From NCBI RefSeq assembly GCF_000143415.4, contig NW_003314387.1, positions 1 to 64,000 on the forward strand: DNA of 64,000 nt, written 5' to 3'. This DNA comes from Selaginella moellendorffii (Eukaryota > Plantae > Lycopodiophyta). Both the position numbers and the translations under genes were made by a program. Positions 22,401-34,600 of the stretch are shown here, piece after piece. Position 1 is the stretch's first letter, and each line of letters begins with the position of its first letter. Under the pieces are notes generated by a model that worked only from the letters and a program-made list of their open reading frames with translations, did no database searches and was not told the origin of the DNA.

Positions 22401-25400
22401 GCTGCAGACTATGCTTTTATGGTTTACCGTCACAACAGGTGAATCCTGGGTCAACCAAATGTGGAACTCTATGAGACCCGGAGTGAAATATAAGTAAGTA
22501 AATACTACTATGGTTTTTTCTCTCTGACACGAAGTAATGGTTTTTCTTTCACAGTTGGCTGGCGCCCTTTCTCTATGTATTATACTACTGCATGACAACT
22601 TATGTTATCTTAAATCTTATTATTGCCGTCATCCTGGAGAGGAGCGAACTTACTGACAACCAAAAAAAACAGATACAACGAGTAAGTACCTGGTTTAATA
22701 AAAACTTCTGTCGATGATATTTTTCTCTTTCAGGTAGAACATATGAAACTACTGAGGCGGATGCATAGCAGGGCTTATATACGAAGCGGAAGCTGGGTTG
22801 TAGACGCTGTGGAAGGAGCCCAGGCCGGTTTCAAAAAGGTGGCATCTCGGGTTTTAAGCATGAATGTGAGGGCATTGAAAGATGGTAGCAGACGGGATGA
22901 ACGAGAAAGAAGACGAACAAGGGATGGAGGATCTGAACGGGCCAGTAGTGGACAGTCGGAGCTTCCAGGGGCAGTTTCTGAGCAGCCACCAGGCAATACA
23001 AGCGTCACATTACAGCCCTCAACATCTGCTGCTGCAGAACAATCCCGCACCAGTTCTGAAGCAACATCAGAGAAGTTGCATCGCCGCTCTTCTCAAGTTA
23101 TTCAAACGTCCGGCTTTCCAACCGATATTGGCGAAAGGCGGGAGTCGAGAACTGCACTAGAGAGCGCAGTTCTCACGCTTGCAACAATGACCAAGCCACC
23201 TGTCGTAAGGGCTCCAAGCAGAATGGACAGGAGGCTGAGCCGGAAAATGAGTAGAACCGCCAGCAAAAGGCAGTCGTTTCAGCTAGCTGAGTACGAGGAG
23301 CTTGAGAAGAGCATTGCAACTTTAGAGAGGCCGTGGTACTTGCAAGAAGGGTCACTTCTTCTGTTTGGACAAGGAAACGCCGTCAGGAACTTGTGCCAGC
23401 TAGTTGTGGGAAGTGTTTGGTGGTGGTGGTTCTCAATGTTTTGGGCTGTTATCAGCGTGTGGACTGTGGTCGAGATGAAGCCGAATGGCGATCCCCTCGT
23501 TCTCAAGTCCTTCCTGCCTGTACTGCACAACCTCGTGTTTGTGGTAAGCATCTCAGTTCCATGCTCTGATTTCTTATGCTATGTGATTGGAACAGGTATT
23601 CTTCGCGGAGCTTCTCATGAGAGTTATCTCTCAAGGCCTGATCTTCACTCCCGACGCCTACATGGGGGAGTTTTACAACCTGATCGACGTTTTTATACTT
23701 ATCATCGACGCACTTAACATGAAAACGACGTGGAGCGAGAATTCAGCAAGGCCTATTCACGCTCTGCTTGCGCTCCGGCCGTTTCGATTCGTGTGTCGGC
23801 TCACCGGGTTGAAGAGTTTATTCGGTAATCTGGTTAGTACCTGTCCGGCGATTGCGTCAGTTTTGCTATTCACTTTCACCATCTTTGCAATCTTCGGCTC
23901 TATCGCTATTCAACTCTTTCGTGGCCACCTTTACTCTTGTAACGACACTAATGTGAGTCACCGAGCCTACTGCACGGGCTATTACATCAACAAAGTCTCG
24001 CTTATGGCTCCGCGTGCATGGACCAATCCTGCGTTCCACTTCGATGACATTGGCAACGCTCTTCTCACCCTGTTTATCACGTCTAGCTTCGACAATTGGG
24101 TTGGAAACTGGTTATATCCGGTCATGGACATTGCTCCCGAGAATCATCAGCCCCGCCGAAACCACAGCCCGGTTTACGCTCTTTTCATGGTGGCCTTTGT
24201 CTGCGCTGGAGGTTTTTTTATAATGCGAGTTTTCGTGGGAGTGTTCATCAACGAGTTTGGAGTTAGATCCGGTTCCAAGCTTCTGACAGAACGGCAGAAG
24301 CTCTGGAGGGACATGAACCGTATAATTCAGAAGATGAGACAGAGACCAGTGCCGCGGCCGCAGAAAGATCCCATCAGGAAGTTTTGCTATCATTTGGTCC
24401 ATCATAAGTACTATCCCCACGGTATGGTAATCGTCATTCTTAGTTACTGCGCATTTCTGGCCTCTCATGTTGCCAACCAGACCAAGGCAACCTCCAGAAG
24501 CCGGCAGAAACTTCATTGTTTCTACACAACTCTCTTCTTGGTAGAGATGTTGCTGAAGATAATTGGTAATGAGGTGAGTACAATCGGCAACAAACTCTCG
24601 GGCTACTCTTCTAACTTCTTTCTTTTTCTTTTTCGGCGAGTGCAGTTTAGCGTTTACAAACATGACCACGCTAGTCATTTGGAAGCTGCGCTGTCCTTGA
24701 CAGCTGCTGCGTGTTTGTTGCCTAAGAAAGGCTCGCCTCGTCAAACTATAGGCCGCGTTGCATACAGCTTGCGGCTTTTTTGCCTTATTCCTCACATTCC
24801 AAGGGCCCGGGTGCTGATAAACACTATAATCGTCTGCTTCCCAAGCATGGCAGAGATCATGGCTCTTCTCATGATCTGCCTCTTCGCGTTCTCGGGCATT
24901 GGCTTTCAAATGTTTAGTCAAGTGAAGGATGGAGTTTGCATTGGGCCTGCCATCAACTTCAGGAGCTTTGTAAACTCGTTCATCACCGTATTTCAGGTGC
25001 ACAATGTTTTCACAAGTTGGCACAGATTAACTCTGTAGTCTTACAGGTGACAACTGCTGATAACTGGTCTTGCATTATGGGCGATGTTATGGTGGCGCCG
25101 CCATACTGCACGAAAGGTTCGTCGCTAATGGCAAACGACTGCGGTTTTCCTGTAGCGGGCGTTGTCTACTTTGTGGCGCTCATCGTCGTGGCAAACAACA
25201 TATTCATGAACTTGTTCGTGGCTATTATCTTGGACGTGATCACTTTCGGGCTGGTGAACGAGAACTCGATGATCACTCCGAATCATCTCGAGGACTACAG
25301 GGTCCTATGGTCCAAAGACGCATTTGATCCGAGGTAACTTCCACATTTTCTCTGCTCTTTTCCTCGGAGCCTTTATGCATGCGTACGGATTTGGCAGGGG

Positions 25401-25961
25401 AACTGGATTTATTGGCATTCACAAGCTCAGGAATTTTGTGAATTCTCTCGGGATTCCTTTGGGACGTCGACACAATGCCTCGTCAGAATGGTGAGCTATA
25501 GAAGCCTTAACATTCATCGAGATATGATTTGATTCTTGTTTCTTGCCGAGACAGGTACGCAAGGATAGAGTACGAAGTCATGAGCTTCCGAGTTCCAAAC
25601 AAAGGAATTCCTTTCAAGCAACTCCTTGAGACGCTAACACTCTACAAGATTGGACCCACGGTAACACAAAAATGTTTCTAGCTCGTTCTAAACGCTAGCT
25701 ATAATTCGTCACCAGGGCCTTCCACTCTCGCTACGAATCGAGAGGGAGAAACACATCCAGGGCATTTACAGAGGTGGCGCGGTCATCAAAATCCAAGCCG
25801 CGTGGAGGGGACATCTGGTGAGAAGAGTTAAGCTGAGAAAGAAAGAAGAAGAGACTGAAAAGGAGACTGAGAGGACGAGAGAAAAGGGGAGGCAGGAGGA
25901 GATAGAAAAGGAGGAGAAACTCAAAAGTGAATCAATTTTGTTAGAAGATCTAGAAACCTGA
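19473..25961 (+). CDS. Four-domain (24-TM) voltage-gated cation channel superfamily member, Cav/NALCN/Cch1-like; EEDD filter; C-terminal EF-hand-like region and IQ motif; roughly 20 short introns
   Basis: Pore loops: DI VISLEGW (E at 21100), DII VTTGESW (E at 22441), DIII TSSFDNW (D at 24091), DIV VTTADNW (D at 25059). S6 motifs INVFIAGI, LNLIIAVI, MRVFVGVFI and MNLFVAIILD. III-IV linker LLTERQKLW...PVPRP. IQAAWRGHLVRR at ~25791. TGA at 25959-25961. Confidence 0.9.
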
Positions 25962-26115
25962 CTAGTAAAATGTAAAATGCTATTCTTTCTTTTGAAAAGA
26001 TGGTGGATGTGGATGCTCCAACAATGTAGTAGCTCGTTTCATTATTCCAGGGGATTATAGAAACCATGTCTCGGTCGCTATAGTAGTTTCTCGACGCTAA
26101 CATCGGGGGCGATTG

Positions 26116-28160
26116 TTATGATACTGCGATAGCAGAGGAAGAACTCCCGCCTATCTGTTTTGCTCCCTGTTTGGAAGGAGCTCCGGCGGGTGTGTCTTTC
26201 GATTTGTTGAGATGGTGGCTTGGATGATCGTTGTGAGGTTGAGACTTGGAAGCTCTCGGATTAGCCTGGTGGTAGACCCAAGTTGTAGGTAGAGTCAAGT
26301 CAGACAGAAGAAAAAAAGAAAAGAAAAAGAGAGAATTCGGTCACCTTTCTCACGTCAGGTTTGGTGGATGGCTCTTGGTAAAACCCAGGCATCGGAGTCG
26401 CTTTAAAATTCAGGCCCCGTCGAAGCTCTTTGATTTCTGCTTGCGTCTCTTCCTGCGGAGCAATGCTCAGGATTAGAACGCCACGCTAATACGACCAGCA
26501 AGTTTAAACACCTGTGTCTTTGCTTGGATCTTGCTCTTTTCAGCCGCCTTGGCACTTTGTTTCTCTTCCATTCTCCGGTTAAACTGTTCCAAAGCACTCT
26601 GATCAACACCACTCCATAAAAAAAAAAAAAACAATAGCTAGCAACTAGCAAGAAACAAGCTTCACCTCTTTTCTCTTCTGGGCACGCTCGTTGCTCTTGA
26701 AGGCAAATCCGTTCGCGGTAGCAGTACCACTGCCATTCAATCTGGTGCTTTTCTCCTTGTCCTTCGATGACGGCGGCCTGTGGATAGCGTTAAGTTCCAC
26801 AGCTTGTTGCATGCACACAAACATGTCTAGGCAGGAAACGAGGCAAGCTCAAAAGGATACACCGCACTTTCATTCTTTGTCCTGGCGACTCGGCTGGGCC
26901 TGTCACAAGACATGTGCTTTTAAAGTGAGCAACCGATGTTCACAAGCAAAGCCACCTTACTTACGCGACAGACTTTTTCCCTGTCAATTGTTCCGTCGTT
27001 GTTTTGCTTGTCACCTGCATTGAAGAGACGACCACAGCAGCTAAGTGGTTTCAACGTCAGCAATTTAATCTCACCTGCGTTGCGCGGACTCCCGGAATAA
27101 GTCCCTGTTTTGAATTCCACTTGTTGATAACCTGCTGCTCCGTGGCACTAGCGCGTGCTGATTTTGTTTTTCTGCTCTGTGATGCTGCTGCTAAAACGCT
27201 AGCAGGAGCAGTGGCATCGTTCTTCACTCCAGTTTCTCCTTTAAGAATCGTCTTTTTGTTTGCCAGGCTTAAGTCTGCTGCCTGCAAGGTCTACAGAAAA
27301 ATAACGAAATCGTGCGAAGCATCTTTAAAACTCGGAAGTGGAAGAGATATGGACTCACCTTGGCAGAAAAAACTGTGGAGTTTGTCGACTCTTCGTCCAC
27401 TTCTTCCTTGGAATTCATTGTTGTTTGCTGCTCGGAATAAATAGCTGACTCCATCGGACACTGTACGTCCACCTGTGTTGCCAATGCTGACGCTAACGGC
27501 TCTTGTTCTTCATGGCCTTCCACTTGATCCATTCTCTCCTCTGGATCATTTGTGTACTCCACAGCTCCTTCCTTCTCTTCTTCTTCTTCCTTTTTTTCTT
27601 CTTTTTCTTCTTCCTGCTCTTCTCCTTCCTCTTGTTCTGCGTGCTCTTCGTGTTCTTCTAGTTGCGCCATTGGTTCTTGGTCACCAGAGACGGCCTTTTT
27701 CTCCAGTGACACTGTTCGTATATAGTGATCGAAGAATGCAGCCTTCCTGGCGACCGATCCGGGGCTTGCAGCCCTGCTCACATCTTCCTGGAACTCTTTG
27801 GGTATAGAATTCCACCGCGTTACCGCTAAGTTCTTGACAGTCTCGATGGAGCTCCTCCCAAAGAAGATCGACACCCCTTCCTTCTCGGGAGCAATCTAAG
27901 AAACAAATTCAGACAAGCGCGCGGAGCGAAGTGAGAAAGAAATTATTTTTTTACCTGATCGCTGTGGCCGGCGCCGCTGATCTTCTTGCCGGGGCTGGAA
28001 TCGCAGGAGAAAGCCCCCATTTCGTCCCTAGGCCGCTACCATATGGCAGAGGCTCATTGAGAAGGCGGAGATCACTCACCGCATTGCGCTGCTCGCCGCG
28101 ATCCTTGCTTTCGAGGCATGATTCGCGAGCGCCAGCGCCGGATTCTTCCTCGTCCTAGCT
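26116..28160 (-). CDS. WVD2-like (WDL7-type) TPX2-domain microtubule-associated protein; start codon uncertain
   Basis: Spliced exons give FAFKSNERAQKRKE|FNRRMEEKQSAK...|EETQAEIKELRRGLNFKATPMPGFYQEP (TPX2_C). N-terminal SIFFGR...SPGSVARKAAFFD resembles the WDL7-like motif. Confidence 0.8.
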
Positions 28161-28748
28161 TGCTGCTTCTGGTGGAGATCGAGGGGCGCAGGCGCTGGAA
28201 TGGCGGCCAGGGCTGTGCAGAGAAAGATCCATCACAGAGGAATGGAACTAGCGGCCAAAGCCAAGGAAAGAAGAACCTCGTTTTAGCTAAGATGATCAAT
28301 TAGTGTTGATACGTGACCTGCAACCTAATCACTGTGGGCCCTATAGCTTTGCATCGAAGGTTCGATCCTAGCAAACCCAAATTATTGTGTCTATTATTGT
28401 AACAATTTAATATAAAATCTTGATATTTGATCTAAATTAAATTCATATTTAAAACAAAAATGATATGCTTTTCTTAAAACAACATTTGGTTTACTTATTT
28501 ATTTTTACTAATTTTTTTGACTTATTGAAATATTAAAAATTTGACTTGGTGTACAAAAACTTTATACATTTTATATTTTATAAACATAAGATTAATCTGA
28601 ATAAATATCAACTATTAGGTGGTCAAACTATTCAAATATATTCTAGGTATATTCACTACTGGCTTAGGTTTGCTTAAGCAAACAAAAAATTCAAGGCTAC
28701 TCATCAAATTTATAATATTTAATATTTTATTTATATTAAATGGTTTAA

Positions 28749-29624
28749 TTAACAAGGATAGGTATTTGATGCCCATCTATCCTTAATATAAGGATAATGA
28801 GAAAACACTCTTTGGAAAGATTCATATAATACCAAGTTACAATCATTTTGTAAAGACAAAAAGCAATTTACTTTATCACAAAAAATATTTGGAGACCAAA
28901 TAACATTATAATTATTAGAATATAAAACTATATTTCCATCTATTTGCATTTTAAATTCACAGTTTTTATATTTATTTGAACCTACAAACCATTTTATTTT
29001 CTGTTTTACATATATAGCCAAAATACAATTTAGATGTAAATATAAAAGAGCTTTTTTATTTGGAGATAATAAAAATTGTGAACCTCTTAAGTAATAAGAA
29101 GGTAAAGTACTCATTAATGTTGTAATATAAATCCTACAATCCTTTAAAGTATTAGTTTTAATATTTAAATTCTCTAATCGTTTTGGTTGATGAAAGTTCT
29201 TAATAATATACTCAATTGCATAGTAATCAGTTATTATTGTAACAAATGTTGCTCGTAAATTTTGTATTGCATCACGATATATTTGTAATAAGTTATTTAG
29301 TTGATTTCTCACATTAGTCCCATGATCATATTCAATAGTATTATCATTTGCACTACATTGATCATAGTGTTTTCCAGATGTACTATATACCCACATCTGA
29401 TTAACAATATTTAATGGACCAACACTATCATCTTGTATTGTGAATGGAAATTCCATACTTTGTCCTTTAGGCAATTCTTCTGAGGATATATTATTAATCA
29501 TTAATTCCATTGCATATAAAATTAAATTAACACTCTCTCGACTTATTTTACCATTTCCCCCATATTCAATTATAGAATTAACTTTAAAGCATAAACATAA
29601 TATGAAGAAACTTATTACTTTCAT
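28749..29624 (-). CDS. Secreted chimeric protein: unknown N-terminal domain plus C-terminal bulb-type (GNA) mannose-binding lectin
   Basis: Signal-like MKVISFFILCLCFKVNS; QxDxNxVxY motifs QIDGNIVLY and QNDCNLVLY; ends WASNT. Intact 291-codon ORF in very AT-rich DNA. Confidence 0.75.
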   Translation of the reverse strand: MKVISFFILCLCFKVNSIIEYGGNGKISRESVNLILYAMELMINNISSEELPKGQSMEFPFTIQDDSVGPLNIVNQMWVYSTSGKHYDQCSANDNTIEYDHGTNVRNQLNNLLQIYRDAIQNLRATFVTIITDYYAIEYIIKNFHQPKRLENLNIKTNTLKDCRIYITTLMSTLPSYYLRGSQFLLSPNKKALLYLHLNCILAIYVKQKIKWFVGSNKYKNCEFKMQIDGNIVLYSNNYNVIWSPNIFCDKVNCFLSLQNDCNLVLYESFQRVFSHYPYIKDRWASNTYPC

Positions 29625-29766
29625 ATTTTATTAAGAGGATTACTAGTTAAATATTAACTTCTGTATATATCATGGTTTTAAAATATACATAGTCCAAATA
29701 AACAGATAATATATTATTATACTTTAAGTAATGTTCAGACAAAAATAATGTCTGTTAGTCATGGTT

Positions 29767-29866
29767 NNNNNNNNNNNNNNNNNNNNNNNNNNNNNNNNNN
29801 NNNNNNNNNNNNNNNNNNNNNNNNNNNNNNNNNNNNNNNNNNNNNNNNNNNNNNNNNNNNNNNNNN
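29767..29866. other. Assembly gap (100 N)
   Basis: Run of N. Confidence 0.99.
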
Positions 29867-30359
29867 ACTACTCTCTCCAATGATTTTAAAGATACTCAAA
29901 TTCCAACATGGCCTTGAGAGTTATTATGTTCTTGAGGCTGGAACCAGAAATCTTTCTTTAGGGATGCCACCAATGCCATTACCATTGACAAGAATTTTTT
30001 AAGAATATTTTGGCACACTAAAGAATCTTCTGTTAAAATTTTAGAAGTAATACTTTTATTAGATAGGTATTTTAAACCAAATTAATAATTTTAATAATAC
30101 TTAGATCTGTGTAAGCTAACAGTATCTAATCTTAGTTGCAATAGTTGCTATTTAATAGGGGTTTTGCCTTATCAACTAGTTTACAGAAAAAATTATTATT
30201 TTAATATTTAATAATTAGTAGCATCCTCTAATTTAATGCATATTTATATTTATTTTTTAATATTACTCTAAAATCCCTATTATAAGTAATGCTCTATGTA
30301 TTTTTTTTAAATTAATTTATATTATATTAAATTCAAATACAATACCAATATCCTATTCT

Positions 30360-30580
30360 TTTTCAATGTTATGAACACCTCATATTCAAACATTGTAGGG
30401 TGATGAATCCAAAGTTTAACATTTGGATCCATCCCAAAAAGTATACAATATATAAAATACATATGTTTGCAAAGTGTAAAAGACTTACCAAAAGTTTGAC
30501 ATTGAAAAAAGTAAGTTGTAACTTGGGAATTGGGTCATTGTAATGTTGTAAACTTTTTTGTTACAATATCAATTTGTAAT
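30360..30580 (-). pseudogene. Degenerate SWIM zinc-finger coding relic (possibly DNA-transposon derived)
   Basis: KVYNITMTQFPSYN [frameshift] FQCQTFGKSFTLCKHMYFIYCILFGMDP...IHHPTM resembles a decayed SWIM CxC...CKH motif. Stops and frameshift present. Confidence 0.45.
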
Positions 30581-31285
30581 GCTTTTGAGTATGTTATCTT
30601 TGCTTTCTTTGACTAAGTATTTGTAATTTTCACATATGTATTGCTTCTTTTTTTCAAAAAAGTGCTAAAGTTGAACTTATGGTTATGGCTATAAAGTGCT
30701 CTTCAAATTTAAAGCTTGTTTCAACCAAAGCCTGAAACTTCAAATTCATCAAATTCACCTTTTCTTCAACTGGCAAAGTATGTGATACATGTTATGGTTT
30801 CTGGATAATCTGTGTTATAATAGACTATATGTGTAAAATTTCTATTAGATAGAACCATATAAACTAATCACAATGTTGTAGAGGATCACTATATTGTCAT
30901 CATCCCCAAAAACAAGGTGCTAAAGTGCATAAAGTTCCTGTGGTAATCTACTTACCACATAATTTTTCTCTAATCCAAGTAAATGCTCCAAGTCAGCATA
31001 TAACCCACTCAATCTTGTGAATCTTTTTTTTTTTAATTTGGAAGCACCTAAACTCTTAGTTGCTTGGAAGCACTAGTCCTTCTCGTTCTTTAGTAACACA
31101 CTTGTACTCGGGATGGTGTGAATCTATTAGCGACTTTGGCTCACTTGCTCATTGCCTTCTTCTAATAGTTTCAAGGTTCCTAATTGGTTTTTTTGTAAAT
31201 TGAATTCCAAGATCATCTAAAGCTAATTCTATTGCTTCTATGAGCTTATGACTAGAAAAGTTGTGTTGATGTTATAGTAGATAAG

Positions 31286-31661
31286 NNNNNNNNNNNNNNN
31301 NNNNNNNNNNNNNNNNNNNNNNNNNNNNNNNNNNNNNNNNNNNNNNNNNNNNNNNNNNNNNNNNNNNNNNNNNNNNNNNNNNNNNNNNNNNNNNNNNNNN
31401 NNNNNNNNNNNNNNNNNNNNNNNNNNNNNNNNNNNNNNNNNNNNNNNNNNNNNNNNNNNNNNNNNNNNNNNNNNNNNNNNNNNNNNNNNNNNNNNNNNNN
31501 NNNNNNNNNNNNNNNNNNNNNNNNNNNNNNNNNNNNNNNNNNNNNNNNNNNNNNNNNNNNNNNNNNNNNNNNNNNNNNNNNNNNNNNNNNNNNNNNNNNN
31601 NNNNNNNNNNNNNNNNNNNNNNNNNNNNNNNNNNNNNNNNNNNNNNNNNNNNNNNNNNNNN
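31286..31661. other. Assembly gap (376 N)
   Basis: Run of N. Confidence 0.99.
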
Positions 31662-34600
31662 GGCATCATCCAAGAGTGACATCCAGATCACTCCTTACAT
31701 CTTAAGATACCTGCAAACATGGGGAACCACCTTCGACCATTTGATCTCCTAGGGGAACTAAAGCCCGCTTTTGAACACTTCACCAAGCTACCACCCTTGA
31801 TGGTGTATATTTACTCTAGCCTTGGACCTCCCAGTGGTTATCCTATTAGCCAACACCTGGGTACAGCCTTCCTGGGCCAAACTAGCTCCACTGGAGTCCT
31901 CCCCCTACTATACTTTTGGAGCTCACTAAACCCCCTTTCACCCTCGGACTCAGACTCGAACTCGGACTCGGACCCGGACCCGGACTCGAACTCGGACTTG
32001 GACTCGACCTCGGCCTCGGGCTCGGCCTCGGCCTCGGGCTCGGCCTCGGCCTCGGGCTCGGGCTCGGTCTTGGTCTTGGTCTCGGTCCTGGTCCCGATCC
32101 CGGTCCCGGTCCTGGTCCCGGTCTCGGTCTCGGTTTTGGTCTCGACCTCAGACTCCATGTTGGGTCCTTCTCAGACTCCATCTCGGACTCCATCTTGGAC
32201 TCCATCTCGAGTCCATCTCGGACTCCATCTCGAACTCCACCTCAGACTCCACCTTGGACTCCATCTCGGACTCCATCTCAGGTCCATATCAGACTCCATC
32301 TCGGGTCCATATCAAACTCCATCTCGGTCCATCTCACACACCATCTCGGACTCCATCTCAGACTCCATCTCGGGTCCATCTCGAACTCCATCTTGGGTCC
32401 ATTGGACTCCATCTCGGACTCCACCTCGGACTCCATCTCGGACTCCACCTCGGACTCCATCTCAGACTCCATCTCAAACTCCATCTCTGGTCCATCTCAA
32501 ACTCCATCTCGGTCCATCTCAGACTCCATCTCGGAGTCCATCTCAGACTCCATCTCGGGTCCATCTCAGACTCCACCTCGGATCCATCTCAAACTCCACC
32601 TCGGACTCCATCTTGGACTCCATCTCAGACTCCACCTCGGACTCCATCTTGGTCCATCTCGGACTCCATCTCGGTCCATCTTGGACTCCATCTCAGACTC
32701 CATCTCGAACTCCATCTTGGGTCCATCTCGGACTCCACCATATGTTATGTGTTGATCCTCTTGTGTCCCTTTTCTGGAGACTCTCTTATTGCTCACTTTA
32801 TACTCATTCCTTGAGCACTTCGTTGGGAGTCCCACTCCCACTCTTGACCTTTCAAGTCGAAGCTTTTAGTCCAAACGTGTTACGCTCGTTTGGCTTTCGC
32901 TTCGGCCACTACCACGTGGCACCCTTTCGGCTCCACTTTGGGGCTTAGGGATTTGTGTCTCACAACTCTACCACCCATAGACGAAGTTCGATGTCCTCAT
33001 CGAACAATAAACCATTTTATAAAGTAACACTAACATGTATTACCTTTTCCATCCTTAGCACCTAGCCAATATTTGTCAATGGTTTGACACTGAAGGCTCG
33101 GCTCGCCATGCTTTGTCCAACCTCTAAAGAGTATAATGTCTCCAACATAAAAACTCATTTGACCATCTCAGGTGGTTTTCTCCCTTTTATTGGTTTAGCT
33201 CTCATTAAATCCATTAGAGACACCTTCTCTAACTCAATCCCATTACTCATTCTCGAGTAGTCTCAACTTCTATTGATTTAACCAATTTACCTTGGAACTT
33301 TTAATTTTGACTTTTCAAAGTCAATTTCCTTGGTGTCTCCGACACCTTTCATTGCACATATTGTGCAACTTCACTTTTCCATCTTAGGAAGTTCTCCACT
33401 TGAAGGCACCATCATCCTCCTTTATATTTTGTGCCACTTTTGGCACCAAGTTCCAGCTATTGTAAGTTGTGCTAGAGCTGTCCACGGCCCTATTATTTGG
33501 CTACTTTGCCGCTCCCTCCCTTGGAGCTTTCACCTTTGCCAACTTAGAGTAATTGGGAATCCATCTTTAGAAGCACACTTCCTTTTTCATAATCCATTAG
33601 CATCTAACACATTAGTGTTCCATGCCTAACTTTGCCATTTAGATTCCTTCCAATGAACTCCATGGCCCACACTTGGCCACTAGTTTTTTGCTTTTATCCA
33701 TTGATTGTTTCACTGAGCAACATAGGATCACTACCTCCATTCTCAAGGTATCCTTTTGGTTTCATGGCAAAGGCTCTACTTTGCTAAGTCCAGAGGGTGT
33801 TCACCCCTAGTAAGTCTCTTTAGCATTTTCTGCTACGGGCTCCATCCATGGCCTAACTTTGTGACCCTCCCATACATCTCTCATAGAGACTACTTTTTTG
33901 GACTTACTATACCATCGTATTAGCACAACTGATTTTCCTTTAGGTGTCCTTCCCACTTGGTCACATTGACCAAGCCATACCATTATCAATAATTCAAATC
34001 AACACTTTGAACTAAGAATCTTATTCCTTAACCTAAATAAAGACCTTGTCCTTGTTTAACCACAAAATCACCTAGTGATCTCATCTTAACCCCTTTACAA
34101 GTCTACCAATAGGAACTAAATCTTCCAGACCCTTTTAAATTGTTGACTATAACCTCGAGGGCATCCTTCACACTTGGCAGTGCGCCCAAGCCATCCCTTC
34201 TAGCCAAGGATCCATAACAGCTGAGACTAAGTGTCCCCATCTCATTCACCACATCCTTAGTGCCCTTTGCATCAAAGTGTTCAAGTTAGATATGTCGAGC
34301 TTTCACTTTAAGGAATCTAACCGTGCATCACGACTCCGAAGCATCCCCCACTGGCGGTGTGCCCAAGCCAGTCTCTTCACTGAGAGTCTATGATCACTGA
34401 AATATGAGTGTTCTCATATTCCAAACCATCATCATGCTCTAGTGAGTTGGGACTCGAACCCAAGCACTAAAGGGTCGAAACTCGAACCCAACCTTCGTAT
34501 ATACATCTACAGATAGCATCACATAGGATGTCTGGTGTGGCTCCCCATGCCAGTACACCAATTTATACTTAAAGCACATTACAAATCACAGCTTAGGAAC

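Noticed and set aside
19473-25961. Calling the channel TPC1 or CatSper
   Set aside because: Four consecutive pore domains lie in one gene with a C-terminal IQ motif. TPC has two domains and CatSper subunits have one.
28321-28380. GGTTCGATCC B-box-like motif as a tRNA or SINE
   Set aside because: No convincing A-box, cloverleaf, tail or TSD.
31719-32948. Long ORFs such as GLHLGLHL, SDSISDS, RSRSRS and WSPRWSPR (also 44268-45790 and 58020-59094)
   Set aside because: They are translations of stop-poor 6/12-mer tandem arrays in LTRs, open in several frames on both strands, so not genes.
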